Shown here one piece after another: positions 59,698-64,000 of a stretch of 64,000 nt of DNA. Source of the DNA: Nocardioidaceae bacterium. GTDB lineage: Bacteria > Actinomycetota > Actinomycetes > Propionibacteriales > Nocardioidaceae. How positions within the stretch are numbered: position 1 is the stretch's first letter; each line of letters begins with the position of its first letter. A program made the position numbers and the translations under genes. Where the stretch lies: the NCBI GenBank assembly GCA_035634095.1, contig DASQDP010000049.1, positions 1,711-65,710 of the forward strand, given 5' to 3'. The notes beneath the pieces are model-generated. The model did not search any database, was not told where the DNA came from, and worked only from the letters and a program-made list of their open reading frames with translations.

Positions 59698-61410
59698 ATG
59701 CCCCTCGAGCCCCGCAGCGCCGACTGGTGGAAGTCGGCCGTCGTCTACCAGATCTACCCCCGCTCGTTCGCCGACAGCAATGGAGACGGGATCGGCGACC
59801 TCCCGGGCATCACCGCACGGTTGGACCACCTCGAGCAGCTCGGAGTCGACGTTCTCTGGCTCTCCCCGGTGTACGCGTCGCCGATGGACGACAACGGGTA
59901 CGACATCAGCGACTACCAGGACATCGACCCGACCTTCGGCACCCTGGCCGACCTCGACGACCTGGTGGCCGGCCTGCACGATCGGGGCATCCGGCTGCTG
60001 ATGGACCTGGTGGTCAACCACACCTCCGACGAGCACCCGTGGTTCCTCGAGTCCCGCGAGCCCGGCTCACCCAAGCGGGACTGGTACTGGTGGCGACCCG
60101 CCCGCGACGGCTTCGCGCCCGGCTCCCCGGGTGCCGAGCCGACCAACTGGGAATCGGCGTTCTCCGGCCCGTCCTGGGCGTACGACGAGCGCAGCGGCGA
60201 GTACTACCTGCACCTGTTCAGCCGCAAGCAGCCCGACCTCAACTGGGAGAACCCGGAGGTCCGCGCCGGGGTGCACGAGATGATGCGCTGGTGGGTCGAC
60301 CGCGGCGTCGACGGCTTCCGGATGGACGTCATCAACCTGATCTCCAAGCCGGCCGAGCTCGTCGATGGGTTGGTGCCGCCGGGACGGCTGCTCAGCCCGG
60401 CGTTCGACTCGGTGGCCAACGGAGCGCGGCTGCACGAGTTCCTGCAGGAGATGAACCGCGAGGTCGGACTCAGCGCCGGTCACCTGATGACCGTGGGGGA
60501 GATGCCCGGCAGCACCATCGAGCTGGCGCGGGACGTGACCGACCCCCGGCGCGGTGAGCTGGACATGGTGTTCACCTTCGAGCACGTCGGGCTCGACCAG
60601 CAGGCCGGGGGCACCAAGTGGGATCTGCACCCGTTGCCGCTGCCGGTGCTCAAGGCGAACCTGGACAGCTGGCAGCAGGGCCTCGCCGAGGCGGGCTGGA
60701 ACTCGCTCTACTGGAACAACCACGACCAGCCACGGGCGGTGTCCCGCTTCGGCGACGACAGCCCGCAGCACCGGGTGGCCTCGGCCAAGACGCTCGGCAC
60801 CGTGCTGCACCTGCACAAGGGCACCCCGTACGTCTACCAGGGGGAGGAGCTCGGGATGACCAATGCGGGCTTCGCCGACATCGCGCACTACCGCGACATC
60901 GAGGCGGTCAACTACCACTCCGACGCCCTCGGTCTCGGGGTGCAGGCCGAGACCGTGCTGGCGTCGCTGTCGGCCAAGAGCCGTGACAACGCCCGGACCC
61001 CGATGCAGTGGGACGACTCGGAGCACGCCGGCTTCACTCGCGGCCAGCCCTGGCTGCCGGCCAGCGCCGACAAGGACCAGATCAACGCCGCCGCGGCGGT
61101 CGCTGACCCCGAGTCGGTGTTCCACCACTACCGCAGGCTGGTCGAGCTCCGCCACCGCGAGCCGGTCGTGGTGCACGGGCGCTTCGACCTCCTGCTCCCC
61201 GACGACGAGCAGCTCTGGGCGTTCACCCGGACGCTCCGCGACGACGTGCTGCTGGTGCTCGCCAACTGCTCCTCGCAGCAGGCCACGGTCCCTTCGTCCG
61301 ACGTACCCGACCTGGCCGGCGGCACCGTCCTGCTGGGCACGCACCCGGTGGCCGAGAGGCTCGCCCTGCGGCCCTGGGAGTCGAGGGTCTACCGCCTCGC
61401 CGCCCGGTGA
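59698..61410 (+). CDS. GH13_31 oligo-1,6-/alpha-glucosidase
   Basis: YQIYPRSFADSNGDGIGD, DLVVNHTSDEH, GFRMDVIN, VGE, NNHDQPR, SRDNARTPMQW. Confidence 0.94.
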   Translation: MPLEPRSADWWKSAVVYQIYPRSFADSNGDGIGDLPGITARLDHLEQLGVDVLWLSPVYASPMDDNGYDISDYQDIDPTFGTLADLDDLVAGLHDRGIRLLMDLVVNHTSDEHPWFLESREPGSPKRDWYWWRPARDGFAPGSPGAEPTNWESAFSGPSWAYDERSGEYYLHLFSRKQPDLNWENPEVRAGVHEMMRWWVDRGVDGFRMDVINLISKPAELVDGLVPPGRLLSPAFDSVANGARLHEFLQEMNREVGLSAGHLMTVGEMPGSTIELARDVTDPRRGELDMVFTFEHVGLDQQAGGTKWDLHPLPLPVLKANLDSWQQGLAEAGWNSLYWNNHDQPRAVSRFGDDSPQHRVASAKTLGTVLHLHKGTPYVYQGEELGMTNAGFADIAHYRDIEAVNYHSDALGLGVQAETVLASLSAKSRDNARTPMQWDDSEHAGFTRGQPWLPASADKDQINAAAAVADPESVFHHYRRLVELRHREPVVVHGRFDLLLPDDEQLWAFTRTLRDDVLLVLANCSSQQATVPSSDVPDLAGGTVLLGTHPVAERLALRPWESRVYRLAAR

Positions 61411-61455
61411 GACTCCTCGCATCGGACCTGTGCTGGGGACCTGTCCCGTAGGCTG

Positions 61456-62691
61456 GTGGGCGGGCCTCGCACGGGGAGGGGCCATCTGACTCTCACGTCG
61501 ACCGCTGGATTCGCCTTGTCCCAACACAGAAGAAGTCACGACCCGAAGCGGGTGCGCCGGGTCGTCAAGACCCTTGCCGTCATCGTGGCCGTGCTCGTCG
61601 TCGTTGGGCTGGTGGCCGGCTTCTTCGTCTACCGGCACCTGGACAAGAACATCACCGCGCTCGACGTGGCCCCACAGCTCGGCACGGACCGCCCGACCCA
61701 GGCCGCGCCCAGGCCGGACGAGCCCGACAAGCCGCTCGACGTGCTGCTGATCGGGTCCGACACCCGCGAGGGGCAGGGCAAGGCTCCTGGCGGCGAGACC
61801 CCTGGACTCTCGGACACCACAATCCTGCTGCACCTGTCCGCCGACCGGAAGCTGGCCTACGGGGTGAGCCTGCCGCGTGACGCGATGGTCGAGCGGCCGA
61901 CCTGCCAGCGCCAGGACGGGGAGGGCACCGATCCCGGGGGGCTGAGCCAGTTCAACGAGGCGTACGCCGTGGGCGGACCCGGCTGCACCATGCGGACCGT
62001 CGAGCAGCTCACCGGCATCCGCATCGAGCACTTCGTGGTCGTCGACTTCAAGGGCTTCAAGAAGATGGTCGACGCGCTCGGCGGAGTGGAGGTCTGCGTC
62101 CCCCGCGAGGTCAACGACACCACCGGTCACATCAACCTGCCGAAGGGCACCTACAACGTCAAGGGTCAGCGCGCGCTGGACTACGTGCGCGTGCGCCACG
62201 ACATCGGCACCGCGGAGAACGGCGACATCGGCCGGATGAAGCGCCAGCAGACGTTCCTGGCGTCGATGGCGAACAAGGCCGTGTCGGCGGGCACCCTGGT
62301 CAACGTCCCGCGGCTCTACAAGTTCCTCAACGCGGCGACGAAGTCGCTGACCACGGACCCGGGACTGGCCAGCCTGAGCGAGGTGGCCGGGTTGGCCCGG
62401 TCGTTCAACGGGATCGGGCTGGAGAACATCCAGTTCCTCACCGTGCCGTTCGAGCCGTACCCCGCCGATCCCAACCGTCTGCAGTGGGCGCCCGGCGCGG
62501 AACGGCTCTGGCAGCGCATCAAGGAGGACAAGCCGGTCGGCAAGAGGCTCGCGAGCGAGGTCACCACCGCGAAGACCGAGGACGGCAAGCCTGCCACCGC
62601 AGCCCCCACTCCCTCCCCCGGCGCGTCACCCTCCGAGGGTCCCTCGAGCTCCGCCGACCAGAGGGCCGCCGAGAACGGGCTGTGCACCTAG
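61456..62691 (+). CDS. LCP (LytR-CpsA-Psr) family protein
   Basis: N-terminal TM, LLIGSDTR, SDTTILLH, SLPRD, YVRVR, GDIGRMKRQQ; start uncertain. Confidence 0.92.
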   Translation: MGGPRTGRGHLTLTSTAGFALSQHRRSHDPKRVRRVVKTLAVIVAVLVVVGLVAGFFVYRHLDKNITALDVAPQLGTDRPTQAAPRPDEPDKPLDVLLIGSDTREGQGKAPGGETPGLSDTTILLHLSADRKLAYGVSLPRDAMVERPTCQRQDGEGTDPGGLSQFNEAYAVGGPGCTMRTVEQLTGIRIEHFVVVDFKGFKKMVDALGGVEVCVPREVNDTTGHINLPKGTYNVKGQRALDYVRVRHDIGTAENGDIGRMKRQQTFLASMANKAVSAGTLVNVPRLYKFLNAATKSLTTDPGLASLSEVAGLARSFNGIGLENIQFLTVPFEPYPADPNRLQWAPGAERLWQRIKEDKPVGKRLASEVTTAKTEDGKPATAAPTPSPGASPSEGPSSSADQRAAENGLCT

Positions 62692-62731
62692 CGACCAGCG
62701 CGCTCCGGCTCCCGGCGTCGCGCCGGACGGC

Positions 62732-63949
62732 TCAGGGGACGACGAGCTGGTTCTTCGCCAGCGCCACCACGCCGTTCTCGCTGACGGTGAAGCCGCGTCG
62801 CCGGTCCTCCTCGAGGTTCACGCCGATCTGGGCGCCGTCGGGGACGATGACGTTCTTGTCGATGATCGCGTTGCGGATCACCGTTGCCCGGCCGATCGTG
62901 ACGTTGTCGAAGATGACGCTGCGCTCCACCTTGGAGCCACCGCCGACGTACACGTTCGTGCCGATGACGGTGCTGTCCACGTTGGCTCCCGACACGATCG
63001 AGCCTCCGCACACGATCGTGTCGCGCGCGAAGGCGTTCTCCACGAACTTGGCTCCGGGCAGCTGCGGGTGGGAGGTGAAGATGGGCCAGTCGGTGTTGTA
63101 CAGGTTGAACACCGGCTCCACAGCCACCAGGTCGAGGTGCGCCTCGTGGTACGAGTCGAGCGTCCCCACGTCGCGCCAGTAGTCCCGGTCCCGGGAGGTG
63201 GCGCCCGGGACCACGTTGTGCTTGAAGTCGTAGACGGCAGCCTGCTTCTCCGCGACCAGCATCGGGATGATGTCGCCGCCCATGTCGTGACGGGAGTCGG
63301 CGTTCGCCGCGTCGCGCTCCAGCGCGTCGACCAGCACGTCGGTGCTGAACACGTAGTTGCCCATCGAGGCGAACGACTCCTCGGGGGAGTCGGCGAGGCC
63401 CGGCGGGTCGGCCGGCTTCTCGAGCCACTCCGCGATCGTGACGCCGTCCTCGGCGGCCTTGATCACGCCGAACTGCCACGCCTCCTTGCGAGGCACCCGG
63501 ATGCCCGCCACGGTGACGCCGGCGCCGGACTCGACGTGCGCCTGCACCATCTGCGAGGCGTCCATGCGGTAGACGTGGTCGGCCCCGAACACCACGATGA
63601 TGTCGGGGCGCGCGTCGTTGATCAGGTTCATCGACTGGAAGATGGCGTCGGCGCTGCCGGCGTACCACTGCGGGCCGAGGCGCTGCTGGGCCGGCACCGG
63701 GGTGATGTAGTTGCCGAGCAGGGTGGACATCCGCCAGGTGACCGAGATGTGGCGGTCCAAGGAGTGCGACTTGTACTGGGTGAGCACCGCGCACCGCAGG
63801 TAGCCGGCGTTGACCAGGTTCGACAACGCGAAGTCGATCAGTCGGTAGCTGCCCCCGAACGGCACCGCCGGCTTGGCCCGGTCGTGGGTCAGCGGCATCA
63901 GGCGCTTGCCCTCGCCGCCTGCCATGACGATCGCCAGCACCTTGGGCAT
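62732..63949 (-). CDS. glgC: Glucose-1-phosphate adenylyltransferase
   Basis: [40 protein letters not shown], hexapeptide tail. Confidence 0.97.
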   Translation of the reverse strand: MPKVLAIVMAGGEGKRLMPLTHDRAKPAVPFGGSYRLIDFALSNLVNAGYLRCAVLTQYKSHSLDRHISVTWRMSTLLGNYITPVPAQQRLGPQWYAGSADAIFQSMNLINDARPDIIVVFGADHVYRMDASQMVQAHVESGAGVTVAGIRVPRKEAWQFGVIKAAEDGVTIAEWLEKPADPPGLADSPEESFASMGNYVFSTDVLVDALERDAANADSRHDMGGDIIPMLVAEKQAAVYDFKHNVVPGATSRDRDYWRDVGTLDSYHEAHLDLVAVEPVFNLYNTDWPIFTSHPQLPGAKFVENAFARDTIVCGGSIVSGANVDSTVIGTNVYVGGGSKVERSVIFDNVTIGRATVIRNAIIDKNVIVPDGAQIGVNLEEDRRRGFTVSENGVVALAKNQLVVP

Positions 63950-64000
63950 GGTCTGCTCCCCTCCGCCGGTCCCGGGCGGGTACCAGGCCGTTGAACTGAC

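Overview
High-GC actinobacterial chromosome segment; gene content and codon style resemble Nocardioides/Marmoricola (inference). 1-27.8 kb is largely housekeeping or conserved: JmjC cupin + sucrase-ferredoxin, MarR-MFS, serC, pdxH, TetR with a heterodimeric ABC exporter, GH13 glucosidase, photolyase, IdeR, sirtuin, HAD-IIA, lytic transglycosylase. About 27.9-58.1 kb is an accessory patchwork: two c-di-GMP enzymes each next to a PLP amino-acid decarboxylase, a GAF-ANTAR/PP2C signalling cluster, gene remnants (nhaA, ANTAR), nhaA-SulP-MerR, and a large divergent arsenic-resistance cluster ending at tRNA-Arg(CCT). After the tRNA come an MFS, a GH13 glucosidase, an LCP protein and glgC. No CRISPR array, integrase or transposase is visible. 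The most unusual signals are: (i) two related palindromic miniature elements with TTACCAGGGGATG ends bracketing the TetR-ABC operon; (ii) a 17/18-bp copy of the tRNA anticodon-loop region at 46.2 kb that may delimit a decayed island; (iii) an ANTAR-[unknown domain-GAF-PP2C]-ANTAR operon; (iv) a shared sigma28-like CCGATACTCC element upstream of both c-di-GMP loci. All family calls come from motif recognition by eye, not database searches.
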